Shown here piece by piece: positions 11,560 through 24,825 of a stretch of DNA of 64,000 nucleotides. Below the pieces are notes generated by a model. The model ran no database searches and had not been told where the DNA came from. It saw only the letters and a program-made list of their open reading frames with translations. Source of the stretch: Lama guanicoe (Eukaryota); contig MU056000.1 in assembly GCA_013239625.1 (NCBI GenBank), positions 10,055,175 to 10,119,174 on the forward strand, in the 5' to 3' direction. The stretch's first letter is position 1. Each line of letters opens with the position of its first letter. Made by a program: the position numbers and the translations under genes.

Positions 11560-12060
11560 ATGCTGAGTGAAGGCAGACAGTCTCAGAAGTCTCCATAGGA
11601 GGGAGTCCACTTGTATGACAGTCTCAGAAAGATAGAACTGCAGAGACAGAAAGCAAATTGTTGATTGCCAGGAGTCAGGGACGGGGAGGGCTGGACTACA
11701 GAGGGGACGTACGAGGGGCACTTTGAGAGACGATGGAACTGTTTTGTATCTTGGTTGTGGTGGTGATTCTATGTATTGAAATTCATAGAACTGTACAACA
11801 ACAACAACAACAGATCTAGTTGTACTGTATGTTAACTTAAAACATAACATTAAAGAAGGCTAATCACAAACTGGGAGAAAACATTTATTAAAAATCAGAC
11901 AAAGAATTAGATATATAGAATTTAAAAAGTGCTTCCACAAATCAATTAGAAAGGCAATCCAAAAGGAAAATAAGCAAACAGACAACTCAGAGTGCAAATG
12001 GCCAGCAGATATTCAGCCTTGCTAGTAATCAAGGAAATGTAAGTAAAAATGTGATAAGAA
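11560..12060 (+). mobile_element. Ancient L1M fragments (3' UTR piece followed by an ORF2-end piece)
   Basis: gatggaactgttttgtatcttggttgtggtggtg (L1M 3'UTR), then cacaaactgggagaaaacattt...ctagtaatcaaggaaatg (ORF2 C-terminal region). Confidence 0.7.
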
Positions 12061-12755
12061 CAAAAGTGAAATCCAGCAAGTCATTTCTCTAGGTAAACTT
12101 GAACAAAACGGAGTTATTTTCGAAAGATTTTCTACATATTTTGAAGATGGTAACTGTCAGACTGCCCGAGCTGGGACCAAACTTCTTCTAATGTCTAGGG
12201 GTAGTCTAGGGAAACTTTGAAGGTAGTTATGGGGAAATAAGGACCCTTTTCTTGGATTCTGTAAGAAGTGTAACTTGGGAATCCATATGGCGTATAAGTC
12301 AAGTCTGCTGACTTGAAACAACTGTCTTTAGATAAAAGTAGTCACCATTTTTTCTGCTTCAGCTTCAGATTTTCCCACTCTGGTAAGTTTTCCTGCTGTC
12401 CAGATAGAAAAACAGTGGTACATGCAGAGTGGTCTGCTGTGCCTCACGTTCCTGTGTTAAAGAAGGAATTTCTAGGAATAAATTTCATTTGGGGGAGGGG
12501 GCGTTGTTCATGCATGAATTTCTGTGTGAGATCATTGGCCCTCTGTTCGAGGGCCTTTCTGTATGTACTTGACTCTGAAGCTATGTATTTCTCAGTGTTG
12601 ATGGTTAATTAATGAATTTATAAAGTGTTATTCCCCCTGCTTAAGACTCATAACCATAAAATAAAACTATTTTTGAACTTGAGAAAAGCACAGTTCAAAT
12701 TTAAAAGTACAGTCATCGAATATTTTTAGATAGGGTCTGTTGGTGTCTGATTTTT

Positions 12756-12791
12756 GTGTGTGTGTGTCTGTGTGTGTCTGTATCTGTGTGT
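12756..12791 (+). repeat. Interrupted (GT)n microsatellite
   Basis: gtgtgtgtgtgtctgtgtgtgtctgtatctgtgtgt. Confidence 0.85.
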
Positions 12792-14529
12792 ATCTTGGAA
12801 AAGTCTTAAAACACCCCATTTTGGAATTCTGTGGAATGGGTAGTTTCAGTGCAAGAAGGAATGAATATATCAGAGATTAATATTTGAAATCTATTTAAAA
12901 AGACCTGATGTTCTTAGTATGTATGAAGTGACATGTATAAATGACATGCTGTTTTAGTTTGAATTTGACAATTATGTATGTGAAACGTCTGTGAGAGGTT
13001 GGTCAAGACAGTATATATAAAATTGTTTTCCATTGTTTATTCCTTTTACTTCACTGCCTCTTCTCACGCTGATCCACATCTTCAAGAATCCCTTTTTCTT
13101 CATTGTTGCTGCTGTTGAATGCCATGTCTGCAGACCTAAAAAGGGGTATTTCTGGGCCATTTGGATTCTGAAAGCTTTATGTTTTCTTATTTGCATTTAC
13201 TTTTAGTTAATCCTTGTTCTTCATGTCAGGTGTGCTAGGATCTGCAGGAGAACAAAACACTTGGTATTTTTTGGATAACTTTATTAATGTAACTTTTAAA
13301 TAATAAGGACCAAAAAGTACAATTCCTCTGTTATTTATTCTGAAGGTGGATACAATTATGTTGGGAAACAAGACCTTGATTAGAATGTTGATGTATTCCT
13401 ACTGAACTAGAATCACTCACAATAAGATCTCTGAAGTTTAAAGTGTCTAATATTTGGGCATCCAAATAACTGGAACAAATTCCTCATTAGTCTAATAGAC
13501 TAAACAAATAAGATTTTTATTTTGCTTGTTAGGTAGCTTTATTAAAAAAAAATCATGATTATGAGAAGTCCCTTCCAGCCCTCACTGCCCTTTTCAGCAC
13601 CACAGTGGTGGTAGCCAGCATGCAGGGGACCCTAACTAGTGCCAAAAAGCCAGATTGCACAGGGGCAGAGTCTATTTCACACATTTATTTCACCTCTGTC
13701 TAAATGTTGTGCACCTGTCCTGATATATCTTGGGTTCAGGAGCCTTGAGAACTAGTGCTAACTCAATAGCTTCCAGGCCATACATTTCCTTCACGTGGCA
13801 GGTTCCTTTCACAAGTCCCTTGATGAGTGTCTCTGGGAGGGTAGCTCCTCACGGGGGAGGCTTTGTGCAGAAGTCCGTGAGTTTCAGCATTTTATTAGCT
13901 GGCTGTGTACGTGTTTCTTTCCTGATACTTAACTGCAGTTCAATTTGCAGGATTCTTGTTTTAGGCATCTCTTTTATCTACATCACCTTGTTTTTAGGTC
14001 CTATCTCAGCTCTGCTGGTTGCTAAACGCACAGAAGGGGTCTGTCTGTTGGTGAGACGGGACCTGTCCCCTGAACCATATTACTGGAAACTTTGACTGTA
14101 AACCCTATGTAGAATTAAGGTGGGAAGACTAAATTTTCCGTAACAACTTGCAGTGTGCATACGGGGTGTTCAGGGGGAACTAGGATGACGGATAGTGTTA
14201 GAATGGCCTGCTACCTCTTGACATGCTTGCTGTCTGTCACCTAAATCTTTAGCAGCAGCTGCCAGAGCAGGTGGGAGGCCAGGACCCCCAGCCATCAGGG
14301 GTCAGATAACACCTTTGGAACTACGCTCCATAAGAGAGTAAAATTAAGTGCATCCAGAAAGTAATAACCTGCTCGTAATGTCATAGGATGATATTTAAAA
14401 TATGTTTATTTTCTTCTCTCCGGATGCTGTTAATGCAAATTCTGTCCTTCAAGAAAACCTAGTAAAGTCTTTCTCTGAACTATTACCTGTATTGCTGCCA
14501 TGACTGGCTGCTGTCTTGAGTACCTTTGA

Positions 14530-14720
14530 TTCGAGCTACCGTGCAGGTGTTTTACATATACTTTCTCGTAGAAGGTCAGATCCTTCCCGCAGGTGGATGC
14601 TATTTCTGTGTTAGGAAGAGGATCTCAGCCTCTGGGGAGGTTGAATGACCGCCCCAGTTTGCCCTGCTTGTCAGGGCTCAAGCTGGAACTTAAACCATGG
14701 CTGCCAGACCTCAAAGCCCT
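14530..14720 (-). mobile_element. MIR fragment (diverged)
   Basis: gcaggtggatgctatttctgtgttaggaagaggatctcagcctctggggaggttgaatgacc resembles the MIR core. Confidence 0.5.
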
Positions 14721-16163
14721 CATGTGCCCTTTCCCTCCCTGATGGCGAGAGAGAGCAGAAATGATCCTCACTCTGTACAGCATCCCACAAGGTCCTGTGT
14801 TATAATTCTCAGATCTTTAAAACAAAATATGTATATCCTTGTGTGCTGAAGAGGGAAGCTGTAATTTACAAGTCTCACACCAAACAAAAGTGGAATGAAA
14901 GATTCCAGGATAGAGCAAGCTTTTTTTTCCACGTTGGTCTGAGCCCTGTAATTTAGCTTCTATGCCGTTTCTTTTCTCACCTAATTAAAACCGGTGTTCC
15001 TTTTTACATCAGTAACCCTAGTAACCCCAGCTTCCCCACTGAGGTGTGTGGAGGCTTCCTGGCTCCCACCGGTTTCTGTCTCGGGAGGACTCCCCTGGCC
15101 GCGCTGGTCCTCTGTTTCCCAGGCTGTGCTGACTTGGACTGCAGTGCTGGGGAGGAAGTCTCTGGCTGTCAAGGTTGGCCGAGGGAAGTTCGGGAAGGGC
15201 GGGGAGAGGCTGGCCAGGGAGGGAAGTTTTTCAGCCGGTTGCTCTGTGTGACACATTATAAAGATTATTGGGGCTTCCTTTGTAACAAAGGAAGGGCACA
15301 TGGGTGGGGGAACGGGGAGGGGCCGGAGGCTGCTAAGCTGCTTTTTGGGGGCCAGTTTTGTAAGGTGGGTGTGGTAACTCCTGGGATCTCTATATTTAGC
15401 TTTTTTGCTGCAGCCACTCATTTCTTTGCTGTTATTCATGGAAATGTGCACAGAGAGGATGACTGTGGTTAATTTCTCACACTCAGTGAGGTAACTCTTG
15501 GGTACGTGTTCTAGGTTTTCCTATTTGTGGGGTGCATTTTCGTCCCCCCTCACATGTGGAGCCTGATTTTATGGGATGCTAGCTCAGGTTTAGCCCATGT
15601 GCAACTCCCAGCATCATGTCCATACTGTGAGCACGTTCTGTGTTTGTGTCTTGGAGCAACTTCTCATCTACCGTGGACTTTTAATATTTCAGCCAGAGGA
15701 TGGTTGAAATGCTGGCACTTGAGTGTAGACATTATATAATCTGAAGGGAATTGTACTCTTAAAATCTACTTTTCATTTCCTCCTGGTTTTCTCAAGGAAT
15801 TTGTAAACATTTCAAGTTTTTTTGTTTTTGTTTAATTCTTGCTTTTTAAAAATTTGTGGAATTAAAAAGGTATGGTTGGCTTGCTGCTTTGGGGGAGATA
15901 TGTGCTTTTGACATGCTGTTTTAGTTTATCTTTGATTTTAAACCAACAGAGAAGGTACAAGGCTCAAATCTGTATCAGCTTAGTCGAATTGAGATTTCAC
16001 TGTACGTTTGTTTTTGGCTATTTAGTTGGTTCACGTCTTCACTGTTGATTACATTTAACGTTTGTTCAGGTTTTTTGAGGGGGATGGGCAGGTAGCTTTG
16101 TTTTGAGAAGCCAGAACTCATGTTCAGAGAAGAACTCAGCTTCCAGAATTGTTGCTATTTCAC

Positions 16164-16220
16164 CACACACACACACACACACACACACACGTGTTTATAT
16201 ATATATTTTATATATATATA
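16164..16220 (+). repeat. Compound (CA)13 / (TA)n microsatellite
   Basis: Perfect CA run 16164-16190 followed by an interrupted TA run. Confidence 0.95.
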
Positions 16221-16229
16221 CACTAAATT

Positions 16230-17830
16230 TACATGTTATTTTGTTTCTGAACTATTTGAGAGTAAGTTACAGAAGAGAGATGCCCTTAACCTCGAAAAGG
16301 TGGTTAAATAGAATTTTCTAAGAGCAAGGACATTGTCTTACATAATGACCCAAATCAGGACATTAATTTTGATATAATATTACTATCTGAATCTACTGAT
16401 TTTAATAACATTTCACCAGTTGTTCCAGAAACATCCTTTTTGGCGATTAAAAAAATATTGGCAGTCCAGCATTCTATCTGGGACCACATATTACATATAA
16501 TTGTCATGTCTCTTTGGTTTTCTTTAACTTGGAACATTTCCCTACTTTGTCTCTCTCTGACCTTGATATTTTCGAAGATTCTAGCCCGTTCTTTGGAAGA
16601 CTATCCCTCAGTTTGTGTTTTATGATTCCGGCCCACCAGGTTGAGTTCGCGCCTTTGTGGCAGAAGGCTGCGTCCTGCCCAGAGCTCCCCGTCAGGGACA
16701 CAGCTGTCAGCGGCCCTCTGGGACGTTCATTCCGTCACTTGGTTCAGGTGGTGACGACTAGGTTTCCCCACTGTGTTTTTCCCTTGTGATGAGCGTTTTG
16801 TGGGGAGGTAATTGGAGACTACGTAAAATCCTGCTCCTTTCCCAACTTTCCTTTGCTGGTTGTAGTCTCGGTGATGACTTTTGCCTGAATCAGTGGTTAC
16901 TATGATGTAAAATGGTGCTTTTTCTTTTTTTTTTAATTTAAAAAATTTAAATTTATTATTATTATTTTTGATTGTTTTGGGGGAGGTTATTAGGTATTCA
17001 TTTATTTTGATGGAGGTGCTGGAGATTGAACCCAGGGCCTTGTGCATGCTAGGTGCGTGCTCTACCACTCAGCTATATCCTCCCCGTAAAATGGTGATAT
17101 TTCTAACTTCAGTATTCCTTCTGTATTTTGTTGGCTTTCTGCTGTAAGGAGGAGCCTTTCCTTCTGCCCCACTTATTTTTCCAAGTGTGGCCTCATGGAT
17201 CCTGTTTTACTCAGTGGATTATAGTCCTTTGCTGTCATTATTTAGTTTGATGCTCAGCTTTTCCAAGATCTGGTCAGTGATGTCCTTTCAGGCTGGCCCC
17301 TTTATTTTTTGTGACCTGTGCCCTTTATTTTTTGAGCACTCTCTTATTTTCTGACACAATAAGATGTTCCAGGTTTATGTTGTCCTTTCCTGACTCCAGC
17401 TCTGAAATCAGCCATTTCTCTAAGGAGCCTTGGTTCATTTTAGCAGAAAGCTGTGGTAAGAAACTCAGTCTGGGTACTCAGTGTGCTTATTGCTTCTGGG
17501 CTGTCATTACTTTTAGCACCTCTCAGTGCGCAGAGCTAGGAAGCAGGGAGTGTGTGTATATGTACACACACACATATATGCACACATACACACATCACAT
17601 ACATAGGTGTCCCAGTCTCTTTGTGCATATATCAGTCTATAATAAAAACTGCAAGTTTATACTCATCCCTTCAGTTCTGGGCAGTATTACAGACAGTATT
17701 TAAGTCTTCCCTTCCCCAAATTTGTAATTCCCTTCTCTGACAGTGAGGGCTCCTTTTATCCTCAGTGTCTTTATTGATTTACTTAGTCCTAGAAAATGCA
17801 GAAAGTAGTTTCAAAATGCTTAGCCATACT
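16230..17830 (-). mobile_element. Ancient L1M (L1MC-type) 3' UTR, interrupted by a SINE
   Basis: ttctgaactatttgagagtaagttacag, aaggacattgtcttacataa, and aataagatgttccaggtttatgttgtcctttcctgactccagctctgaaatcagccatttctctaaggagccttggttc are L1MC 3' motifs. Confidence 0.8.
16918..17085 (-). mobile_element. Camelid tRNA-derived SINE (Vic-1-like), full length with TSD
   Basis: Minus strand reads GGGGAGGATATAGCTGAGTGGTAGAGCACGCACCTAGCATGCACAAGGCCCTGGGTTCAATCTCCAGCACCTCC plus an A-rich tail, with A and B boxes. Perfect 11-bp TSD GTAAAATGGTG at 16907-16917 and 17086-17096. Confidence 0.92.
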
Positions 17831-18794
17831 ACTGTGACAAATGAACCTACATCTTCAAGTTGAAACTGTTCAAATTGGCAGTTAGCGGTCAGCTTCTGTT
17901 CAGCTCCGTGCCTTGTCACTTAGTCACCCAAAGAAAACAGATGAAGTCATGCGCTGGAACTCCCCTGAGGCATGTTTAAGAAAAGAGCTGCCAGACTCCA
18001 TCAGCAGCTCACTTTCTGGGGATGTGGAAGCACAAAATTGAAAAATAAGGAGTTGCCAAAAAAGAAAAGGAAATTAATTTCTAATAAGTATGGCTTATAA
18101 AGATGACACCTGTTGTGGAAAAAACAGTTTATCCTCTTCATTTCCTTGTACTAATTGCCAGAAGAGAGGAGAAGGAAAGCGCTGAGATGGTAAGAATGAA
18201 TGATGCGGCGTGCGGGATGGCGTGGGGAACGGGCACGTGTCAGGATGAGGGTGGGGCGGGTCTTTTTGCAGGATCCTTAACATGTTCCGAGGAGGGAACG
18301 GAGCAGAGTTTGTATGTTAGAATGAGTTATGAGTCACAATTTGAGAGACTTGCCTGCTGCCCTTCATTGAATGTTTCTCCCCAGTGAATTTAACGCAGCT
18401 CTTTGGGTTCTGCTTCAGTGGGGATTTCTGGGAAGTGTGTGCGCGCACTCAGTTCTAGCAACCATGGACCACTGGGTGCAGATCTTTTGTTACAGGCAAA
18501 GTGAGTACTTGCTGTTCAGTGTTTTGCTCCATTAAATGATGACATCGAACGTGGGCCCTTGATTTGAGGGAGGCAGTCTCAGTTTCATACACTGTGTTCT
18601 CTATTTTCTGTGACTGCCCTTGTGCTTGTTAGATTGTGCTCTGGAAAATTCATCCCCTGTAATTCTATAAGCCCTTCCTACCACAAGACATTTTAGCAAG
18701 AAAGAAGAATCATGATTTGCTTATTTAGTATTTTAAGCCTTTTGATTTAGAAAGAGAGTAGAAGGTCATGACTGCTAATGGATCAAACATTCTG

Positions 18795-18940
18795 GGGAAA
18801 GATTTTTGGGTGCTGAAGATGTTCTGGGATTAGCTAGTGGTCATAGTTGTACAACATTGTGAATATAGTAAAACCCACTGAATTGTACAGTTTAAAAGGG
18901 TGAATTTTATAGTGTGTGAGTTATATATCAGTAAAAAAAA
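18795..18940 (+). mobile_element. L1MB-type 3' terminal fragment
   Basis: gatgttctgggattagctagtggtcatagttgtacaacattgtgaatatagtaaaacccactgaattgtacagtttaaaagggtgaattttat, ending in an A run. Confidence 0.85.
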
Positions 18941-18979
18941 GTTATGGCTGAATTGGCAATATTTCATATTCTTAACCAG

Positions 18980-19130
18980 CTTCATTTATCGAGTGCTTAC
19001 AACCACCGGCTATTTAATTTTCACAGCCCCCTGCAAGGTAGGGAGTGACACCCAGTTTTATACCTGAGGGAGGAGGCTCAGAGAGGTTTTTACTTCCTGG
19101 AGGTTAGTAGCTATTAAGGGTGGATAGAAG
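18980..19130 (-). mobile_element. MIR fragment
   Basis: catttatcgagtgctta...tttaattttcacagccccctgcaaggtagg...gaggctcagagaggtt. Confidence 0.6.
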
Positions 19131-21089
19131 GTTGCCGAGTGCACGGGGGTGGTCTCCCAAAGGTGGGTGTCGTGGGTGGAAAGAGAGTCTGCCTGCTGAG
19201 GCTTCGTCCTGCTGTGCCATGCACATCACCCTGAGGTCTGTGACCCCATTCGGGGAGCTTTCTACATCTCTTTTTTTAGTGTCAGGGAGAGGGAAAAAAA
19301 GAAATCACTCCTTTTTGAAGGAGAGCATTGTGGATAAGATCTGACTGGGCTTCAGTTGTGATTTGATGGTGTATTTGGTAATTTCTTAGAAGACGTTGGA
19401 GTAACTATTCCCTGAATTGAAAATTTCAGAGTCTCAGTCAAAAAGTAAAGGACAGACTTTGCTTCCCAACAGGTGGTGTGTTTGGGGTCAGTGTGTATTT
19501 CACACTGATGTATATTGGGACAGCACACCTGAAATGGTGCGAGCTGATGACACTTAGTCTCCCTGTTAGCGTTCCAGGGAAGCCGAAGGGAGAGGCAGCT
19601 TTGTGCTGTGCTCCTACTGAAAATGGTCTGAGTGTTAAAAATTGCAGCCAGAGTTCTCCTGCTAGTGTCAGTTCTGTGTTCTCGAACATTGGAGTCAGCT
19701 CTGCTCACTCGCGTATGGGATCAGGAGTACGGGTTAGATTCCAAGGCAAACTGCATTAATTTGCATAAAATCGCATATGCTCTGTTGCAAGAATTTTCAT
19801 TGTGCCCATTTTAGAATCGAGTTGACACTTCATACAGAGTATTTTAGCTTCACTTAGAAGGAGACATCTCAGAAAGAAGAAGAATTTGTGTGGCTTTGAA
19901 GTTGCTTTTGGGCATGGTCCCTGAAAGAAAGGAACCACTGAAGACTTTCGTTCTTTTTAGCACTTTGAAATCTCTTCTCCTGATTAGACGTGTTAGAAAC
20001 ACGTAAGGCAGGTTGGGGTTTTGTCTGCTATGTGGCCTGCTGGCAAAGGGACCAGAGGTCTGGTGAAACAGGAGCTTTCCTGCTGGGTGGTGACCTTTTT
20101 TATGATGTTTGGTCTGTCATCTTTGTTTCTCAGTTTCAGATGCCTAGCTCAGAATTACTTAGCACTTGAAGTGGTTTTCATCTTCAAAGGACTTTATGGG
20201 CATTATTTAATATACGTGGCACGGTGTAGTGAATGAGCTGTTTATCCTTTGAACAGTGTCAATGTGCTAGGTCCTATACAGCTGGAGAAGACAAAAATAA
20301 TATTCTGGCCAGTGGGAGTTTATATTCTAAAGAGGCAAGATGATTAGGCAGATTCTCTCTTCTGGCCTCTTTTAAAAATGTGCTGGGGAATAACGGAGAA
20401 ATTAAAATTAAAAGAGATCAACAAGCTCGTGTCCACCTAATTGGAATTGCTCTCAAGGTGAAAATGAAATTTGAGATGCTCTTAAGAGGACCTAGTCTAT
20501 TAGCTCTCATTTATCACACATTTATTGATAGACATAGCGTTTGTCCTGTGTCACAGATGAGAATTTTGGTAAAGCTAGGGCGGAGACATTTTCAGTTCTT
20601 TTTCTGCCACCCCCAAACCCTCTTTTTCTTTGCCTGGTGTAGGAACGTCCTTTGTAACCAAGGCCACGTGTGAGTCACAAATGCAGTTTTCTGAGTTTCA
20701 GACCTAGTCAGTCCATCCGCCTTGTCTGGGCCGGCCTCAAGGGAAGCTTCTGGACCTCTTGTGCCTTCAGCCTCTCGAGCCACCATTGCGCAGCCCACGC
20801 CATGTCCGTGCTCTATCCTGTTTCTGTCTTTGGTGTTCCCTCCTCTTCTTGGTTTTCCTAGCTCAGCTGCAGCATCCCTTCCCTTGGGAAACTGCACCGT
20901 CTGTCTTACCCGGGTCTCACCGGCGTCAGTGTCGGCACAGTACCTTGTCGAGACCGCGTTCTGGTCCTTTGGGTCGTGCTCGTTTCCGTGAGTGTGAGCT
21001 GCTGGGCCTCCCCCGGGGGCAGCTCCAAGGGGGCGCAGCGAACGCTTGTTGTGATTTACGCTCTTGGTTCCTCAACCCAGACTAGGACA

Positions 21090-21228
21090 GAGACACCTAG
21101 AAAGTGTTTTAAAATTACAGAATCTCTAGCAGTTTGCATTTAGTAGTTCTAGAGTGGGGCCCTGGAACCTGTCTTTTGAAAAAACCCTACTGGTGAGTCA
21201 GATGCACAGGTCAAGATAGGAACCACTG
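21090..21228. mobile_element. MER5-type hAT-Charlie MITE fragment
   Basis: gtagttctagagtggggccctggaacctgtctttt...ggtgagtcagatgcac...ggaaccactg matches the MER5A arm and terminus. Confidence 0.65.
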
Positions 21229-22315
21229 AGCTGTGCCAGGGTGCACATGTTGGTTTCGGGTTATACAGCCATGGCCAGTGTTGTGTAAGGTATGATGTGC
21301 AGTGTGAGGACCAGGTCACTTACACGTCTGAAGGGGATGGAGAAAGTGAGTGCAGTCCACTTAAGATGGGACATCCTTCCTGAGGGAGAAGACCCTGGCT
21401 CCTTGAGGAGCTCGCCGAGCAGTCTGGCTCTGTGCTGTGTGAACAGACTGAATGCACGATGGGCCCTCCAGACTCGCTCTTGAAGTCACTGTGTTGCCAT
21501 AGAGATGTTATGTAGTGTTGAAGGAGATTAGAGAAATCACATCGTAAATTATCAGCACAGATGGCTTGTAATTTAACACTCTCCTAGCCCATATTCTTTG
21601 TACTGATACTTGAGAACATTTAAAAATATCAGTGCTTGCTTTGTTTTTCACCTGTAAAAATGGCAGAGTTCACACCATGATTTAAAATGGGGATTATATA
21701 TGCACATACAATAAACAGTGGCAGTGATGGAAGGTGGGGAGACTATTTAAAGCATTTGGGGAGTGGCCTCTTCACCTCAGCTCTAAGAACTCACATAGAA
21801 TTTGCTTCTTTTTTTTGGTCCACTTAGAGATTTCATACTCTCCCTTATTAGTTTGATAGCAGTAGTCAGGCATAATTTTTATCTTCTGGCTTAATAGTAA
21901 AAGGAGTATTACAAGATTAGATTTAGTGTAGATTCAGGCAGCATACTCACTTTCAAGGCGTTTTATATGTGATCAACCACGTGAAGGATATTTTCCGTAA
22001 GAGGACCTCTGAAACTTTTTCTCTTTCCCTGTTCTAGTCTGGATTGATGTGCAGCCTTAAAGATTGCATCTCTCAGAAGGACAGTAGTTCTTTGACTCTT
22101 TTAGGGAACTGCAGCTGACTGGAGTTCTGGAGCGTGTGCATGTGTATACCTACACAGACACACTTACAATTTACATTGTGCAAATAAGCAGAGTGGATAT
22201 ATATCAAAACCACTTCAGATTAGGAAATGACAATCTTATTATGTGATTTAAAAATTCAGTAAAGCTTAGTTTGTTTTTTAGGTGCTTGTAGTTACACATT
22301 AGCACATAATTTTTA

Positions 22316-22436
22316 TTTAATTATTTATTTTATTAATTTAAGTTTTATTTATAAAATTTGTATTTTATTTATTTATATTTATTAAAATTTTATTTAATTC
22401 TATATGGAGGTACTGAGCTATGCCCATCCCCCAAGA
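22316..22436 (-). mobile_element. Internally deleted Vic-1-like SINE with TSD
   Basis: Minus strand reads GGGGGATGGGCATAGCTCAGT-ACCTCC plus an AT-rich tail. 12-bp TSD ACATAATTTTTA at 22304-22315 and 22437-22448. Confidence 0.75.
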
Positions 22437-24749
22437 ACATAATTTTTAGATTAAAAAAAAGTTCTCACATTCTTAAAGTATTCAGGAGTCTTAACAGGCT
22501 ATCCCTACATACATTTTCATGAGGTTCATTTCTCATGTGCCATATGTTAACAGTTATTTCTGAACCCTCCCCCCCCCAAACAAGGAAGTTTTCCAGTCTC
22601 CAGACAGTTCCTGACTTGCTTATATGTGAATATGTATTTTAAACTGAGTCCAGACAGTAACAGTGCAGGGCACTCCTCTTCCAATCCTCTTCTCTGCCTG
22701 TGTAAGTGCTCTTTGTGAGCCTGTGCTGCTGGTACTGATGGTGGTTTCTGATGCCACTCAGAGGTGGAACAGGTAGGTCGGTTGCAAACCCCAGTTCTGT
22801 TGGGTGTAGTAACTCCTCCTTCAGGGTGAGTCATTCAGTTGAATTAAGTCTTCTGACACTTCTGTGTCAGTGCTAGTAAATTAAAAAAAAAAGCTTGATA
22901 ATTATATGAAAAAGCATCTGAAAAATAATCTTATCATAGGCCTCAGAGCCATTACAGGAGCAAAGTGGGAAATGTGGGATTAAGCCCTAATTTCTTTGAT
23001 AAGCATGGCTCACCACTTGGCAAGGTTGGCTCAGCCTCCTGGGAGCTGCCCTGTGGCAGTCTGCTGGCACTGGCTTGAATGAATTGGGATGAAGTTGCCC
23101 AATTATTGAAATGGATGACTTGAGGGGAGGTTATTTGGCTTGTAAAACCACCTGTCACAGAAATTAGACAAAACTAGTGGTAGAATCTGCCCAGGATCCT
23201 ATTTGCATCCAGGGCAGAAAGGCTCCTGCTGCCCACGCCCAGGACCCGTCTTCCTGAGGTTGCTTCAAGAAGACTGGACAGTGACCTCCCAGCCAGTGGG
23301 ATTTGGAGAATCACTGGGTGGCTTTCCATGAACTTACTCCTCTTTTGTAGGGAAGGCTAATCTTTTCTCTTTGGAAGAGTTGGAATGAATCCTGTATCGT
23401 TCCTTTCAGCGAGCCCATTGGCGTTGATGTGCTTGTATTTTTCCTCTAATAAGCCTCTCAGCTCATTCCCTTGATTGTTGGTTACCTCGGCAGGAGTGTC
23501 CTCATTGCAGCGTCTGCGTGTTCAACTCCGATTCAGCCGTTTACACATAGTGCCCTGAAGTGTCGCTGTTATTTTGCCTCTTGAGTTACTTGTTAGACAC
23601 ACTAAGGGCTCGGGCAGCCCCGAGGACCACGGGCAGCAGAGCAGGTGGGCCCTTCCCAGTCGGCCCTGGATGTGCAGTGGCCATGGAGCTCGCCGTCTCT
23701 CAGTGAAGGAAGGACGCTCTCTAGGAGAACAAATGAATGCAAGAAACCCTTACCCCCCGCCCCTACCCCCTTAAACTTCCCAGAAGCTGTATTTTATTTC
23801 ATTCTCCCTGTTGACCATCCGTCTTCCGAGGCTCTGTGTCTTGGCATGCCCTTCAGAGGGACTTTCCTCTCTTTAGCAGAGTGATTCACCCCGAGGTCAT
23901 CCTCACAGCCTAGCCCTCCTTCCCCAAACAGAGCCCCATCTGCCCAGAAGTAAGCTTTTCAAAAAGGCTCCTGAACTCTATAAATAGCTGTCACCAGTGC
24001 CTTCACTCGGAGCTGTGCGTGCCCTCACCGCTGTGTCATTCTGAACCCTGCGTCTCCGGGCTTTCTAGCTCCCAGAGGAGGTTAAGTCAGCTAAGAGGGG
24101 ACAGATGGTGGCCCCCAGGGGCACGTGCACTGATTCCAGACCTGCTGAAGTGACTACTGCCTTTCTTCATTGAAGGGACTCTGCCTTTCCTTTTTAATCC
24201 CTCTTTTTCTCATTTCTTCCTTTTCCCTGCATTTCTGTCTTGTCTCTTCTCTGACCACTTGAGAATGACAGTGTTCCACATGGCCACTGCTGGACTTGGC
24301 TGGAGGTAGTCCAGAGTTTTATTTCTGGACAGGAATTTAGGGAGAGATTCCTGGGGAGAGTCTAGATGATGCACTGGTACCGAAGTACAGTCTTAAACCC
24401 TTGGAGCATCCCCTCTCTGTCCCCAGGCCCCTCGCGCTGAGTCGTCTTCTGCGTGTCCCCTTCTGCCTACTGTGCCTCTTCTCTTCGCAGGGCCCAGGAC
24501 TCTGAATCTCTTTCTTCTCGACCCCTCTTTAACCACAGTTTTATCTAATATAAAATTTGCATTTTATGATGATTTTAATAAACTTAGTTTAGCAAGCAGA
24601 CCCAATAGCTCTCATTTTGGGGGTAATTTAATTCCTTCCCCTAAACTATGGTGTTATTATTCATCGTAATTCATGACTCACAGTCACCCTGGCATCATGT
24701 AATTTCTTCCTGATATTTTATTTTCTAAGCTGTAATTTACATCGAGGCA

Positions 24750-24825
24750 AAATCTTATTCATGTTTGCATCCCCAGCGCCCAGCACACAGTCGATGCTTA
24801 CTAGATGTCAGCTGGATGAATGAAC
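24750..24825 (+). mobile_element. L2 3' end fragment
   Basis: tcttattcatgtttgcatccccagcgcccagcacacagtcgatgcttactagatgtcagctggatgaatgaa matches the L2 3' terminus. Confidence 0.65.
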
